In this document: one piece after another, positions 47,650 through 62,000 of the stretch
Numbering within the stretch: the first letter of the stretch is position 1
How the letters are laid out: every line of letters starts with the position of its first letter
Origin: Lingula anatina
Lineage: Eukaryota; Animalia; Brachiopoda
Reading direction: 5' to 3'
NCBI GenBank assembly: GCA_051362555.1
Contig: CM120640.1
Span: 13,516,001-13,580,000, forward strand
Length of the DNA stretch: 64,000 bases
Translations under genes and position numbers: made by a program
The notes under the pieces: generated by a model
Told to the model about the DNA's origin: nothing
Database searches by the model: none
What the model saw: only the letters and a program-made list of their open reading frames with translations

Positions 47650-49540
47650 AACTAGAGGATCAGAGAGGCGATACCGCCTCCGAATATTGTACCACCAGCT
47701 GGAGCAAGCGCATTCGTATAGACCCCCACATACACAAAGTAAGGGACACAGCCACCAGTCTTGTGCTTGACAAGCTGTAAAAATGCAATCAACAAAAATT
47801 TTCAAAATATGCAAAAAATATATATAACTTAAAATGGTACAATCAAAGTGAATTCATCGTAAGGTAGGTCAAAGGTCAATTTCAAGATCACAGTAAATTG
47901 CCAGTATATGACTTCCTATTGAAGTTTAATAGTAACTATGAACCTATCTCTGCCAGTTTTGGAGATAAAAGGGAAGCAAAATTCGCAAAGTTCAGTTCAT
48001 GGTGAAAAGTAGGCCAAGGGTCAATTTAAGGTCACATTTAGATTGCCAGTATATGACTTCCTATTCAAGTTCAATAGTAACTATGGACCTATCTCAGCCA
48101 GTTTTGGAGATAAAAGGGAAGCAAAATTTGCAAAGTTCAGTTCATGGTGAAAAGTAGGTCAAAGGTCAATTTCAAGGTCACTGTAAGATTGCCAGTATAT
48201 GACTTCCTATTCAAGTTCAATAGAAACTATGGACCTATCTCTGCCAGTTTTGGAGATAAAAGGGAAGCAAAATTTGCAAAGTTCAATTCATGGTGAAAAG
48301 TAGGTCAAAGGTCAATTTTAAGGTCACATTTAGATTGCCAGTATATGACTTCCTATTCAAGTTCAATAGTAACTATGGACCTATCTCTGCCAGTTTTGGA
48401 GATAAAAGGGAAGCAAAATTTGCAAAGTTCAGTTCATGGTGAAAAGTAGGTCAAAGGTCAATTTCAAGGTCACAGTAAGATTGCCAGTATATGACTTCCT
48501 ATTCAACTTCAATAGTAACTATGGACCTATCTCTGCCAGTTTTGGAGATATAAGGGACTAAATGTTATAATTTTGGAGTTACCATAATGTGCCATAAATT
48601 TCCTACAGAAAAAAATTAATTAAAATAAAGAAAAAGTCATTTTGGTCAAAATTCTTGAAATGGGAGGTGCTCTGAAGTTCCAGAAGTTCAAATTTGATGA
48701 AATAATGTCATTTTTGACCACAAGTTGTCTGCTTTGCCAAGCCTTATATTTTTTTTTCTGGAGTTCAAAATTTATTATCCATTACTGTACTGCACATTTT
48801 GCTTTCACCACCAATATGTACTTTTTGATACAGCGTAACTCGAAAACCGTATGCAATACAAAAAAACGGAGACCACCTACAGTGTTGGGCTTTACATGCT
48901 CTACAAAATGCAAAAAAGAATGGGTCTCTAGCGTTAACAGTTCCCGAATTAGAGACAGTTTTCAGTTTCAGTATCTTGTGGCCGCTACTCCTGTGAAAAT
49001 GCACCGATTGATCCCAAATTCACGGAGATGAAAGATGACCTGAAGGGTAACAACTTCCAATAATATTATTGGTTAAGTCTGTGTGGTGTCTGAATAACAG
49101 GGCAAATAATTTTTTTTCGTAAAAAATTAATTTTTTTGAAAATTTTGGCCCGTTTGACCTTGAAATAAAGGTCAAAGGTCAAATCCAATGGCATATTTGA
49201 AATGTACACATATGACTTTTGGAAAGCCGTCTGTAGAAATTTTTCCCATAATGCCTTCCATAGGGTAGATAATTAGCATTTAATTTTGCCATTTTTAGAC
49301 AAGGGTGCATTGCAATGAGTGCCACACCTAGACCCCAATTCCGACAAAGCCCAAATTTTACGTGGAACGAGTTGAGATTATAGGTGACCTAAATCCAAGA
49401 GATGGGTACGGGGGCCCTTACCGGCTAGGAGGAGAAGCGGTAATGGTAGCCGTCCGGCGGAGCCGCAGGAGCCGGCGGAACGATCCGGACGGGACTAAAA
49501 CCATGTGTACCGCCAGCGCTAACGCTGGTGGTACAATAAA
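47650..49540 (-). mobile_element. Non-autonomous Helentron/HINE-like element with internal tandem array
   Basis: Subterminal inverted repeats TATTGTACCACCAGC (47685-47699) and GCTGGTGGTACAATA (49524-49538). Hairpin at 49506-49535 at one end; hairpin GAGGCGATACCGCCTC plus CTAGTT terminus at the other. A/T-run insertion site and no TSD. Confidence 0.8.
47856..48557. repeat. Tandem array, 145-146-bp unit x ~4.8
   Basis: tagg(t/c)caa(a/g)ggtcaat recurs at 47865, 48010, 48155, 48301 and 48447; the units are highly similar. Confidence 0.95.
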
Positions 49541-49931
49541 TGAAACCATGGATTCTTACAAGGAACAAAAAGTACAATAACTGCATTTATTTTTGCCTTA
49601 AAATCTTCAAATTTACATGATCACTTATATTTAGACTGTTGTTACACCTTTGAGTAATATCAAAGACAAACCCCCAAACAGTAGATATAAGATGTCATAC
49701 AACTAACTTCTTATACAGATATAGGTATACATGCACTAACCTTTATTTGGCAGTTTCACACATGCTTTTTTTTTACCACAAATTGCTCAATTTCACCAAA
49801 TGAAAATTCACCAAAGAAAATGAATCACCTCTAAGATGTTTGATCATTAAAGCTTAGTTTGAAACCTTGTTGTCACAAGTCATAAAAGCTGAATAATAGC
49901 TGTTACACCATTTCCATATTTTGTGGTCTTT

Positions 49932-52900
49932 TTAATAATATGGTCTTCTTGGGTTATTCTGTAAAGAAATAAAAGAAACTGCTGAATCCACAGAAAAAAA
50001 CATTGATTTTTCAATACCTGGTAGACAACTTACAAGCATTGACCAACACCCCTCTCGAACAAGGCTGACGATTGTGAAGACCTCTACCTGCACTGAAACT
50101 GTATTGATAACAACCAAAATGTTTTCAGTAAAAGTTTTTTTAGCTTACCAGCTTAGGTTTGCTCAAAAAGATAAAAAAAATTGTGAGACCAAAAGGTCAA
50201 TACTGAAAGAGAGCCTCTGCAGTAAGGCCTAACATATGAAATTGCAAACTTTGATGGATTATGGGTCTTCATATTATCATGGTCAAAAGTTGCAATACAC
50301 AATAAAACAGCACCAATTTAAAATGATTGTTTCATCATGCCAGGCTTTCTGAAGCTGTGGACAGACACAGGAGACTGCCGTCTGTTCAGCTGCCTAAGTG
50401 TCTGCACAGGAAACCTCTTTTACTGGTGTGCTAGTCACTGACACTGTATATACCTACCAGTGGATTTGGTCTAAATCTGTAAGCCAGCATCATACGCTTT
50501 CTATATGCTTCAAACTCGTCATCATCTTTGGCCAGATTTGCTGGTCTCTCCATACCAAGTCCTCTTCCATCTAGGGAGGTATTGCCCCTGCAAAAGGAAA
50601 ATTAGACAAAACTATGCAAATTTGATCAAACATACAGAGAAGTTTGTCAAATGTTTGTTGGATCATTTTGTAAAAATATCAAGTCATACCTGTAAAAGCG
50701 TACGTCTGAATCAGTTCCAAAAGGGATCATACAACCATTTTATTCACTTTTAATAGAGTGCAGAAATATTCATTATTCTATTTATTAGTGTGCAATTCAA
50801 GTGTTACAAACTGAAGCATAACTTATGATAATTATTAAATATCTACAGGCCATCTATCTCCATTTATATTTATGAACACCTCTCACATAATCAATCAACA
50901 AGATGTTACATATGATTCATACCCTTTCACTTACTTGTTGACAGGTGCAGTTATTCCCTGAGATTCAGAACCGAGACCTTCCCCTTCTTTCCAACCCATT
51001 TTTTGCAGCATTTTAAATCCGACATTTTCACAATTTAGCTTGAAGTCTTTGTAGTCAGACAAATCTGGCTCTCTTCCTTCTTTCAATGCCTATGTTAAAT
51101 ACAATTTAGTGGTTGTATAACATGATACACCCCTTAAAAATAACCCACCATAATAATTTTCACCAAAGCCACTCAGAAAATTCCAAGTAAAATAAAGGTA
51201 TGATTAGGGTGATATATATACAACAGAGTCATAATACAGACTCAGTGATCAAAATGTTTGCAGAATTACACACACATATAGTGTCTATAAACAAAAATAT
51301 CTCTTAAAGTGAATGAAAGTGAAAAATAATTCCTGTAGTCAGATCATCACCAAAGTAATGCAGTGTGAAGGTGTTTTAGATAACTGTGTATCATTTCATC
51401 CAACTTCCAGAAGTTTTTGGGTTATTTTCTATGCTAACAAACACACAGAATGGCACACACACAGTGTTTATTTGTTTACTTTTTGACTAAAGTAAATACA
51501 TACATTGAAAGTTTCCATGAATTTTTCTAGTTCCTCAGGTGGTAAAAAATCTCCAATATGATGCTTGCCACGACTCATCTCCGTTAACTTCTCAGCCCAG
51601 TCTGAAAAAATCAAAATGGATACAACAAAACCATAGCATTATTGAAATTGCAAGCATCTTCCTATTCTTTATAGTTGTTGCAATGTCAAACGGATATGAA
51701 ATACTCATTATATCACCTTTAGTAGCCTGCATCTCTTGTTTTCTCTTCTTGTGTTCCCATGTCCCCTCCTCGTCCACTTCTTCATCTGAGTCATATTCAT
51801 ATTGCTGCTTGGCTTTAGAGTAATTAGATCCCTGTATGCCAGAAACTGCTGCAGCCTCCATTGCCTTCTGTCTGGCATTGATCATATCATACATCAGTTG
51901 CAACTGAAGGATAAAAAACCATTTGATAATGATATTATGCAAATTCATGAAAGCTGTACCCAGAGCTCCTTACTGTGGGTCATCTTCATTAAAAAAAAAT
52001 CCTGCACCCCTTATCAGCGGATGTTCTACAGAAGACTGTAAATGGGGGAAAATCCAAGAAGCAATACTGGTTATCAATATAACTAGGAGGTATTGCAGTT
52101 GGAAGGTAAGGATTTTTTTCGGCCATTCCCTTTTTGATAAAAAATGCAAAATAACATGAAATGCATTTTATGTAAAACCTGCACTACAAACAATGCTTCA
52201 GAAGGCTACCTACCTCTTTTTGTTGCTGAAGTTGTTTAATTTGATCTGCATTCATGTGCTCTCCGCCTGTCATCTGTTTGGCCAGCAAAGCAGGGTTGAA
52301 TGGAACAGGAGGCCGCAAACAGTGGTGGCTTATAGTGACTGCAATTAGTAGTATTATAAAGATAATGTTTTATTTGATACAGCTTTCTTTCATGATTATC
52401 ACTAATTGCTCATTCAATTTCTTTTTAACCGAGTAACAAAGTTTTCCCTCTGTATCAGAAAGTAATAACAGCAACAAAAGTTCCTATTAGTTTGATGCCC
52501 ATGTATGAAAAAAGTGCCTAGAAATGGGTTTATTTAAAGATTTTGAGAAAGTATATCAATGCAATTTTATGTGGAAAGTATTTCTAATATGATGGAATTA
52601 TCACTAGAAACTATAAATAACTCACATCTAAAAAAACTTTTTAAAATCACTTTAATATTCATATTGGATATGCATATATCTATCCACTTAATAACATTCA
52701 CTTGCATTTGAAAGAAAAACTCTCTTGTCCACAGACTCATTTTAAAATACTTATGCCAATAATAAGTAGAGTCAAAAGTCATTAGGGGTGGCAGGGGCAG
52801 ATCCAGAGTTATTTTCTGACAGTCTTCCAATTTATCTTTGTTGATCCATCCTCCATTTTTGACCGTCTTCCGACAGAAAAAATTAGATACCCGTCAATGT

Positions 52901-55900
52901 GAACTTGAAAATCTGACTGTCTTCCGGAAGACCCAGAAGACGCCCTAAATCCGCCCCTGGGTGGGTTATTAACAATGTCAAGATATGTTTAGTTATGGTT
53001 TTTAGGTATATTTTTTAGTTTACCAGAGCTATGGCTGGCCTTGATATTTTTAAGGAACTATTATTCTAATCTATGGATCCATAGAATATCTTCTACTATC
53101 CTTGAAAGTTAAAATGCCTTGACACCAAAGATTTTGGGCTATCAGACCTTATTTGTTTTTTTGTAAGCCAGTTAAGTTTATAGAAGTAACCTGTTCCTCC
53201 AAGACTGAGTGCTGTTGCTACTCCTGGAGCTCCTATATTGCCGCCTGGAAAGGGTGCCGCACCCTGAGGATCTGGTAGAGAGGCCACTCCTGGAGGTGGT
53301 ATAGAACTCTCCTCTTCCTGAGGTCCCCACCTGCTCTTCCTTTTCTTTTTTCTATCAGGTTCCCCTATTTCATTACCAGAAAACAATTTTGCTGTCAAAG
53401 CTCCATCCTACAATTTTCTCAAATTGGTAAAAATTTTCATTTGTCAAATGAAGTTGGAAAAGAAATTAAATGTATTAAAATTTTGAAAATGGAATCATTA
53501 TAGCAAAAGGAATAAAATGTTCTTGTCAGTGTGTGCCAAGGTTGTTTTATGTTGTAGTTTTATAAACAAAGTTTGAAGGAGGTGCCAAAAGTAATATGCA
53601 AATGATTGGAGTACTCAACTAAACTTAGAGTACTCAAATCTCATTTGATGAGTACGAGTTGACTTTCCATTATAGTTTCAATTTTCTGTTTACAAGCAGA
53701 ATATACAACTTACCATCTCCTACATCTGTACCTTGCACTTTCTTACTGTCTTTGCCAGCCTTCAGTGACTCAACTTTCTGTTTGTAATAAATGTGGGCTG
53801 GACTATTTTCTTCATAAAGAAACCTGTAAAATCCAAGAATTCAATGAATTAGTAAGCTATAACTGCTTTAGCCTTGGCCTTACTTAAAGATAGATTGCTT
53901 TGTGCCACTATTCACTGCACATTTAATAGGCATTTTAATGCATTTAAAAATACTATTTGGAGTTTTAAATTTGGGAAAGGAGGCAACTCACGCAAATGCT
54001 GGGTTTTCCCTGTTGTTCTTGAAGGCCACTTCCTCTACTACTGGCCCTCCATCAGCCACATACTTGGCAAAGTTATCAATAAAGTTTCTCAGCTGTGGGT
54101 TCTCTGGAGGAGAAACTAGAACCACTTCTATTAATATTCTATCCCTGCTCTCGTGGCTATATCATCTGCAGTAGGTTTATCATTGTGCAATTGTATTTAA
54201 CAGTTCAGATTCACTTACTGTATAATTTTTTTAAAAAGTATAACAAGCTTAAGCAAAGTTCTTACAATAATCTTTTATGAATAAAAGCAGTTTTACCCAA
54301 ATACATTTATTAACATATAACACAGCCAGTTTTGTGCACCTACCAGTATCCTTCTGCTTTTCTACTGTTGAGGTCTCAAACACATTGGCCACATTGCTGT
54401 TTGGCTTGTTAGTTGTGCTGGCTTTCTTCATTTGGAACAACATGCTGAAAAGCAGTTGTTTAAATTTGACATATACATGTAAACAAGTTCAATTTTTGAA
54501 ATTTTTAATCCAGTTCAAATGATTATTATATTGGAAACAAAAATCTCAATACAACAAAGCAAATCCTGCCAACTAAACACTATTAATCATTCTTTTTGTG
54601 TTAACAGAACTTCTACATCAAATGTTTCCATATGAAGAATCAATTATCAAAAACTGCTATATATGTACAAAATAACCCAAACCTTGAGATGGAAGTGGGA
54701 GTGACCTTCTTTCCAATTAAGGGAAGCTTTTTCTGCTGCTTTTCATCAGGGCTGGATTCTGTTCCCTCAGTAGGACTTGTAGGATCATACACCTGCTCTG
54801 GTGGTATGTGCTGCTGAGGTTCTTGCATAACTGGCAATTGTGGCTGCCCATATTCACTGGGCATTCCCTGTCCAGTGGGAGGCCCATATTCTCCTGAGTA
54901 TGCCTGTGAATTGGACAAAGGTTGCCCCAAATTTTTCATCATTCCTCCACCCTGGTTGCTGAAACCCTCACTTGGTAACTGTCCATGGTTGTAATTAAAC
55001 ACATTCTGACTTTCAACTGAGTGGTTTTTCCTCTCATGCCCATATTCAAACACTTCAGTTTTCATGTGGGGTTGCTGTTGTGTTAATGTGTGTTCAGTTT
55101 TAGGTGTAAATTGCCATGTGTTTTGACCAGCAATGAGAGGCTGGGGTGCAGCCATGTGTAACGGAGGTGGGCCTGATGTCATAAAACCAGGCGGGGCAGA
55201 ATTTGTGAAGCCAAGTGGGGCTGATGTTGCCGCACCTGGGGGAAATGAAGTCATCATGCCAGGAGCTGAAGTTGAAAAACCTGGAGGAACTGATGTTGCT
55301 AAACTAGATGGAATTGATACTTGAGAAAACACACTGGTTGAAGGAGGTGGTGGTGGACCCACAGGTAACCCCAAAACTTGACCACTGGACACAGCCATAC
55401 CAGGGGGTGGTAATGGCCTTGCTGAGACTTCCCCTACATGTGGTGGTGTGGGGACGTGGGGGTTCATTAAACCTGAAGGGGGTGGTAAATGGGGAGCAGG
55501 GGGTTGGCCTCCAGGCACAGCAATCCCTCCATGAGAAGGAATGTGAGATGTGGGCACTACAGGTTTAGGCGGAGGCCCTTGATGCTGACCCAGATGAAGT
55601 GCAAGGGGAGGTGCGCCCAACCTCGGTTGATTAGGGATCTCCACAGTTTGGGGAGGAGGGTGACCCAAGTCAGGAAAGTTCACATGCCTCTGATTTGCTG
55701 TGTGTTCTTGTTGTTGTGGGTAGACAGGTTGTTGGACAGACTGGGATGTTACTGGAGGTGGCACAGGAATGGTACCAACATGTATTGTGGCTGGAGGTGG
55801 AGGTGAGGGTAAACCAGGGCCAGCTGGCTGAGGGTCAGCAGCGGGTCCTATCCTACCAATACTTTGTACAGTGATCTGTGGCCTCGGCTGCTGTTGATGG

Positions 55901-57270
55901 GTTGACATGAGCGGTGATGGTATGTGTGCAGGCATGTTTACAGGCACTGGGCTCTGGACTACAGCTGTCTGTTTCTGGTCATTTTGGGGAGTTTGTTTTT
56001 CCTGTTGTTGCTGTTCTTGCTGATAGTGAGTGACAGAAACATCTGATACATTTACATCTTCATCCATTTTCTTCTTTTTAACTGAAAATGACATCTTTCT
56101 TTGTTACTTCACACTGGACAACAAAAGCACAATTTAGCAAAACAAAACAATTGAGATTAAGTGCACTGGATGAAGCTAATTACTGCATAAAACTTGCCAT
56201 TAAGAACGTTATAAAAAATCATCACTACAGAATACAGTCAAAAATATGCAATAATACAATTTAGTACAGGTCAATGTAAATATCAGAAATTGAAAGTGCT
56301 GCCAAGGTTGATATTGCCTGTTATTATTTTATTATATGATTTAATATCTAAATATCAATGTCCTCCATAATAACACCAAAAGTTGCAACTTTTGACTTTG
56401 TTGACTAAATGATAAAATGTTTACCTTATATAACTGGTCAAAACATGTTGAAGGCATAATGATAATCACTGGTTAATATAGTGTCTTATAAGGCAACAAA
56501 TTCATGCATATAAGATCATAATTAATCTAGGTCACTTAAATGTCTGTTTGCTGCTGAAGGTGCCTAGGAATAACTCACCTTTCATACCACTTAATTTCTG
56601 GAATTGTTCTAAGAAGCTGCCATCATTGGAAAATATGTTAGAATTTGAAGCTTGTTTGGTCTTTTCAGGTTCTTCTTTTCGATCTCGTTTTTGAAAGCCA
56701 GGCCTTCTGCCGAACCTTTTTGAAAAATTGACCAGCATCAGCTATTTTCCCCATCTTAAAAAATACATATTTGGTAATCGAAAAACAGACAACATGTTAT
56801 TTAGCTTGCATCGGACCCTTGCCTTAATGTTTATACTTGAATTCTTTGGACACTGTACTTGGTACGTTGGTAATTAGGCCTCCTAACACCCCGTGTTACA
56901 TTACAAAATCAAGGCTCGAGTTTTGAGGCCTTACCTGCCTATCATGTAAAGCTGAAATAAGACACAAATCTGAGCAATATTAATCAATGAACAATGACTG
57001 AGAAATCAAATAAACATCTACAAGTAATTACATTTTGCCGAAATGTTTTCCTCTGTTGCCCACGGGATTGGATTCTTCTTTTTTCTGCTTTCCTTGTAGT
57101 TTCTTTAGGGCATCTTCCTGCTGTTTTCGTTTATCTTCTAGAGCTTTCTGCTCCAGTTCCTTTTTCTTTTGCTCGATTAGCCTCTCTTGTGCCGACATCT
57201 GCTTGAAACGATCCTGAAAGTTGCCCTTGCTGGGACACTGGTTTGGCTGTTGATGTTGTCGGTACGCCAT
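49932..57270 (-). CDS. SUGP1: SURP and G-patch domain-containing protein 1 (splicing factor 4), 13 coding exons
   Basis: Exons 57270-57032, 56715-56579, 56081-54683, 54444-54344, 54115-53992, 53823-53714, 53364-53191, 52338-52214, 51903-51717, 51601-51504, 51089-50935, 50587-50458, 49958-49932. Motifs: [15 protein letters not shown] ([10 protein letters not shown]...ENPAFAFLY), [43 protein letters not shown]-patch ([19 protein letters not shown]), [24 protein letters not shown]. Confidence 0.95.
52792..52959. mobile_element. ~168-bp MITE with CAGGGGC TIRs and 5-bp TSD (copy 3)
   Basis: Perfect GGTGG TSD; same family as 4412 and 5239. Confidence 0.9.
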
Positions 57271-58164
57271 TTTTAGCCTGGGTTGTTTTTATGTACACTC
57301 TTGAAGCCGAAAATAACCTTTTTGACTCAGTCTTAAAAGTAGTATTCGGCAGCAAGTGCGTGTCTGTTATGATAAATGACAGTTCTTAACCTAACGTACA
57401 GATGGGTAGTCAAATATTCGAGTTCTCTACTGTTGACAACAGGTTTCTGTGCTGTACACAAATTCACAATCCAAACAGTCCACACTCTTTCTCGTTCACA
57501 GCTCTTTCATCTTCATTCTCTGTTAGCCTGTAAATACTACGCATTGTCTCTGTTATAATATAGTTGTCCTGAAGCATTGCTGGTAATATCACAAATAAAG
57601 TTAATTTCAGCAACAACAGTCATTATAAATTGCCCCTACCTGAACCCCTGTCATCAGTCGACGAGTATCCGCTTTGTAGCCTCGTTGCAAGCGCGATATG
57701 CTACTACCTTTGCCTTATTTTGTTTAATGCAAATCGAGTCTGTGAATCGGATAGACGCCATAGTACGCGTGGTTTGTTAAAGACCATTTCTATCTCCTCT
57801 CCGCACTGCGTTTTTTTTCATCCTATAATTTTTTGGCCCTTATAACCAAGTGAAATAGAGCTAAGGTGCAATACATTTCCGTCTTTTCTTTTTATCACGA
57901 CATAATGAAATGAAATTTGTGAGAAGGTAGAGGGATTGAGGAGAGACCACTTTGCGCATGTGCAGAAGAAAGATGGGTGGATTGCTTTGGAAATTTTACT
58001 TACATATTTTGAAGACCCAGTATAATTCTATGAGTAATGCTTTTCATACTTTTCAAGTACTGAAGAGCAGACATCGCTATGCAATTTGTCATAAAATGTC
58101 CCCCCTCCCCCCTCAAATATAGTTACGTACAACAGTTGGATGGTACAGGCATTCATTGACATGG

Positions 58165-58405
58165 TTTATTACCTCCGCCAAGGAGGTTGTTTTATGGTTC
58201 CGTTAGTTTGTCTGTCTGTCTGTCTGTCTGTGTGTTACCAACATTACAGAAAATGTTATGGACCGATTTTGATGAAAATTTCAGGAACTGTCAGAAGTGG
58301 GCCAAGGAATAGATGATAAGTATTTGGTGGTGATCACGATCAATAATCCATCAATAATAAAAAAAAAAAAAAAAAAAAAAACAATTAAGTTATGGACCGA
58401 TTTTG
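58165..58405 (+). mobile_element. Truncated Helentron/HINE-like element
   Basis: TTATTACCTCCGCCAAGGAGGT terminal hairpin, then a (GTCT)n microsatellite and a repeated gttatggaccgatttt core. Confidence 0.65.
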
Positions 58406-59067
58406 TTTTCCTCTATTTTTTCTCAAAATAATTCTATAAACTTTTCTTTTTCTTATTGCTTAAACGAAGATTAAATTCAATGCTTTTTTACAGTAAAAAA
58501 ATTATATTTTAAAAGAGGAGGAAAACCTAAAATTGATACACGTTTAATATACAAATATATATTACATACAATAAGATATAATTGATAAGAAGTACACTGC
58601 AAAGAAACTGGTTGATGAAATCTACATGTACAGAGTAGTTTGTTCACAAATAAGGCCACAAACAATGATTAACTTTACAATAGTACTGTACTGTAAATCC
58701 TTTTATGTTAACTGAATTGAGTGGATTTCATAAATTGAATATCAAAATAGCAATTAACCTGCACATGCAAGTACAGAGAAGGTGGGCAGTCTTGCTTGGA
58801 TCCTCTGGTAGTAAAGTTTCAGTACCAGTTTGATTTTTAAATGTACAATATAAAGAGTACTAAAATAATACATCAATCCTGTAAAGGTTCCAAGTTGAGG
58901 ATGATGAGGTCAGTCCACTTTTGTTTTTCCAATGAGACTGTGATAATGTACAGATGAATATTTGCTCAAAATCTTCTCTTAGTCTTAAGCATCTGGACCT
59001 GCCATGTACTATGAATATATTACATTTCACAAATTATCAGCAGAAATGAAATAATCTGTAGTAAGAT

Positions 59068-62000
59068 TTATTCCTCATCTCCTTTGGTCCCTTTTCCTGG
59101 TGGGGGTGTTAAGGCTCCTCCGCGCTTACTCTCCCTCATCTTAGCTGTGTGCTGGATAAGTGACAGGCACACAAATACCCAGTTATACATGTGCTGAGCA
59201 GGTATAGAACTGTGCTTGGACACCATACCATGGGGAATATCTGTTGCAAAATAATTGTAATTTTGTAAGAAATATTTGACATGTTATGTATATGAAAATT
59301 AAACACAAATACTATGAAATACAGAAAAATTAACAAAATAACTGTTTTCACTCATATCACATAATACTGGTATGTCAATAAAAACGTATTTAAAAGAATA
59401 ATATATAAAATTAAAATAACAATAAACTACCATGTGTAAGGCAAGAAAAAAATGAATTATTTCAAATGTTTGAAAACTTACTTCAACCTATATGTGAAAG
59501 GACTTTCCAATAATTAACTTACGTTCAAGATGTTTGGCAATCCTGTCAGGTGGAATGAGAGACTTCGCAGATGTTGGATCGTATTTCCCTATCATGCTGA
59601 CAAGGTCAGAGTTGAGAAACTGCAATTATAGAAAATTTAAAAAATGTTTTATTGAAAGAGTACAAATCAAGATTTGATGTGAAAAAAAAAATAATATGAA
59701 TTATTACCACCCCCTGATATCAAAATAAATAGCAGCTAACATATTGAAAATTTTCCTTAAAAATGTACACATACCAACTGAACTAAACAAGAAATTGAAA
59801 ATTAAAAAAAAATAAAAACTAAGCAAACAAAATTATTTACACTATAACTTAACAGAATGGTTTTAAGCCAAGTACCTGTTTAGCTTTGGTCCAATCATCA
59901 AACTCCCCATTTTCCACCTCATCTGGGTAGAATATACTCAGTGTTGCCTTCAGTATACTGTGCACTGTTTCTGGGGGTTCCTTGTAGCTACGCAGCTCTG
60001 CGTATGCCTGAGCATCCAGCTTAGCAACATTTTTACGTAGGTCCATTAACATCAAGCGATCAAACATAACATCTACTCTGGTTTCTTCATCTTTTTCAGC
60101 CTCTATAATCAAAACAATTTGCACAATCAAAAGCCTGGTGCCCAGAGAATTCACAGACCATGACCAAGCTTAAAAATAGCTTGTGTATATATATGATATT
60201 TCATATTGACCATTTGGGGAAAAAGGAACATTATTGAATGGAAAATTTTAAATATGCTACTTAAAAGTATAATATTACCATTTAGAGGCATATTTACCTA
60301 ACACTTGGGTCTTTTCTCCACCAGCAGATTCCTTGCTGACTTCTTTTTGTGCCAACTGCAGCAGTTTAAGCATTCGTTGTACTTCTTTTTCTTCATGCTT
60401 GGGCATTTTCTTTACATCTCCTGTATTCAGATCCATAACTGCCACTGCCATGCCTTGGCTGTCACGTAGTGGGAAGGCGAAGTGCCTCTCCCCATAAGCA
60501 TCAGCTGTCACTGTCTCACTGTTGTCAACACACTTGAACAAGTAATCCCTGCAAGGTTCATCCATATTTTTTACACAATTATTTATATGCCCATTTATGA
60601 ACAATTTCAGTATTGTGTTATATAGACATACAAATGATTGCAATTATCATAAAAAGTAATGAATTAATACAGCAATAATTATGCTTGTCTTGATTACAAT
60701 TTGTATGTGTGTATACAACTTCCATAGATTTCAATGTAACATAATTTCTGTACAGTTCATACCTGAACAAATTGTCTTTTCTTTCCAGTAAAGGTGGGTT
60801 AGAGAACATCTTTGCTTCTCCTTTATTGTCTGTCATCATCATCTTACGCAGAACATAATCAATGTCTTTGCCATCAGGCTCTACCATGTACACTGAGATG
60901 TCTCGCACATTAGCACTTCGACGGTGAATCCAGGATATGGCACTTTCCGTTATACGCATGGTTTTACGGCGGTTGTCCACATGATGGTAAGCAATACTAA
61001 ATGCTTTGCCCACACCCTAATGTTCATCAGAATAATAATTGTAATGATCACTTTATAAATATATAAAACCTGAAATAATCACTTGCCACATTCCCCTATT
61101 GACTGATTCACTATAATACAGTGTATAACAAAGTTATACATTACATATTATAGAGGGAAAATTGTGACATGCTGGTAACAATAAAAATAAATTAGTTCAC
61201 TTGATTTTTTAAAGAAAAAAAAAAGAATTTTTTAAAACTTTACACATCACCTGCCTTAAAAATCCTTTAAGAAAGCAGTTTGATAATAATATTCACCTGG
61301 AAGAATTGTATTTCATGTGTGATGAAAATAGCCTTGGTATGTGGATCCCTGAGGGTGTCAATGGCAAGCAGTCCAAATACTCTCTTCCTCTGATCCTTAA
61401 CAGCAACAACAATCAAGGAACCATCACGGTCCTAAAAAATCAATTTAACAAGTATGTTAAATTTCTTTGCATCTTAATAATTTGAGTATCAGTGTCTGCC
61501 ACAGAAATAAACAAGTTATTTTCATATATAAAAAAGATTGTTTTTTGATCTTGTGCCAAGTACTTAATTTTAATTGGTCTCACCTCTGCATCTCTGTCAG
61601 TGTTCCAAAAATATATGCTGCCATGATTATTCACCCTGGGTACATGGATAGGCTTCCCAGTCTCTACTGAGGCAAAACTATAATGAAAGGGATAAAAGTT
61701 CATGAATATCATTATACATACTAGTATACCACATCTGATTTTCTAAACAGTCATATTCTATTAACAGCTATAATACCAATGAAAACAATGGTACTAATAA
61801 AATGTTATGTTCCATTACTTAGTCTAGAAGAGTAATTGGTTAGACAAAACTGATTAAAATTGGTTATCAAATGTGACCGCGACCCTAATTTTGGGTTAAT
61901 TGAGTTTTTGGCACTTTTTTTTCAGATGGCACCGACCCTGTTTACACAGAATTGTCACTTGGTAATCAACATATCAATTTTGTTTGGCCTAACGATAACT

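Noticed and set aside
47856-48557. CRISPR-like array
   Set aside because: Head-to-tail 145-bp units with no unique spacers, in a eukaryotic context with no cas genes.
49362-49580. GC-rich 72-aa ORF
   Set aside because: It lies in the terminal low-complexity and hairpin region of the Helentron-like element and has a non-ATG start.
55133-55806. Plus-strand Gly/Arg-rich ORFs
   Set aside because: Antisense shadows of the proline-rich SUGP1 exon.
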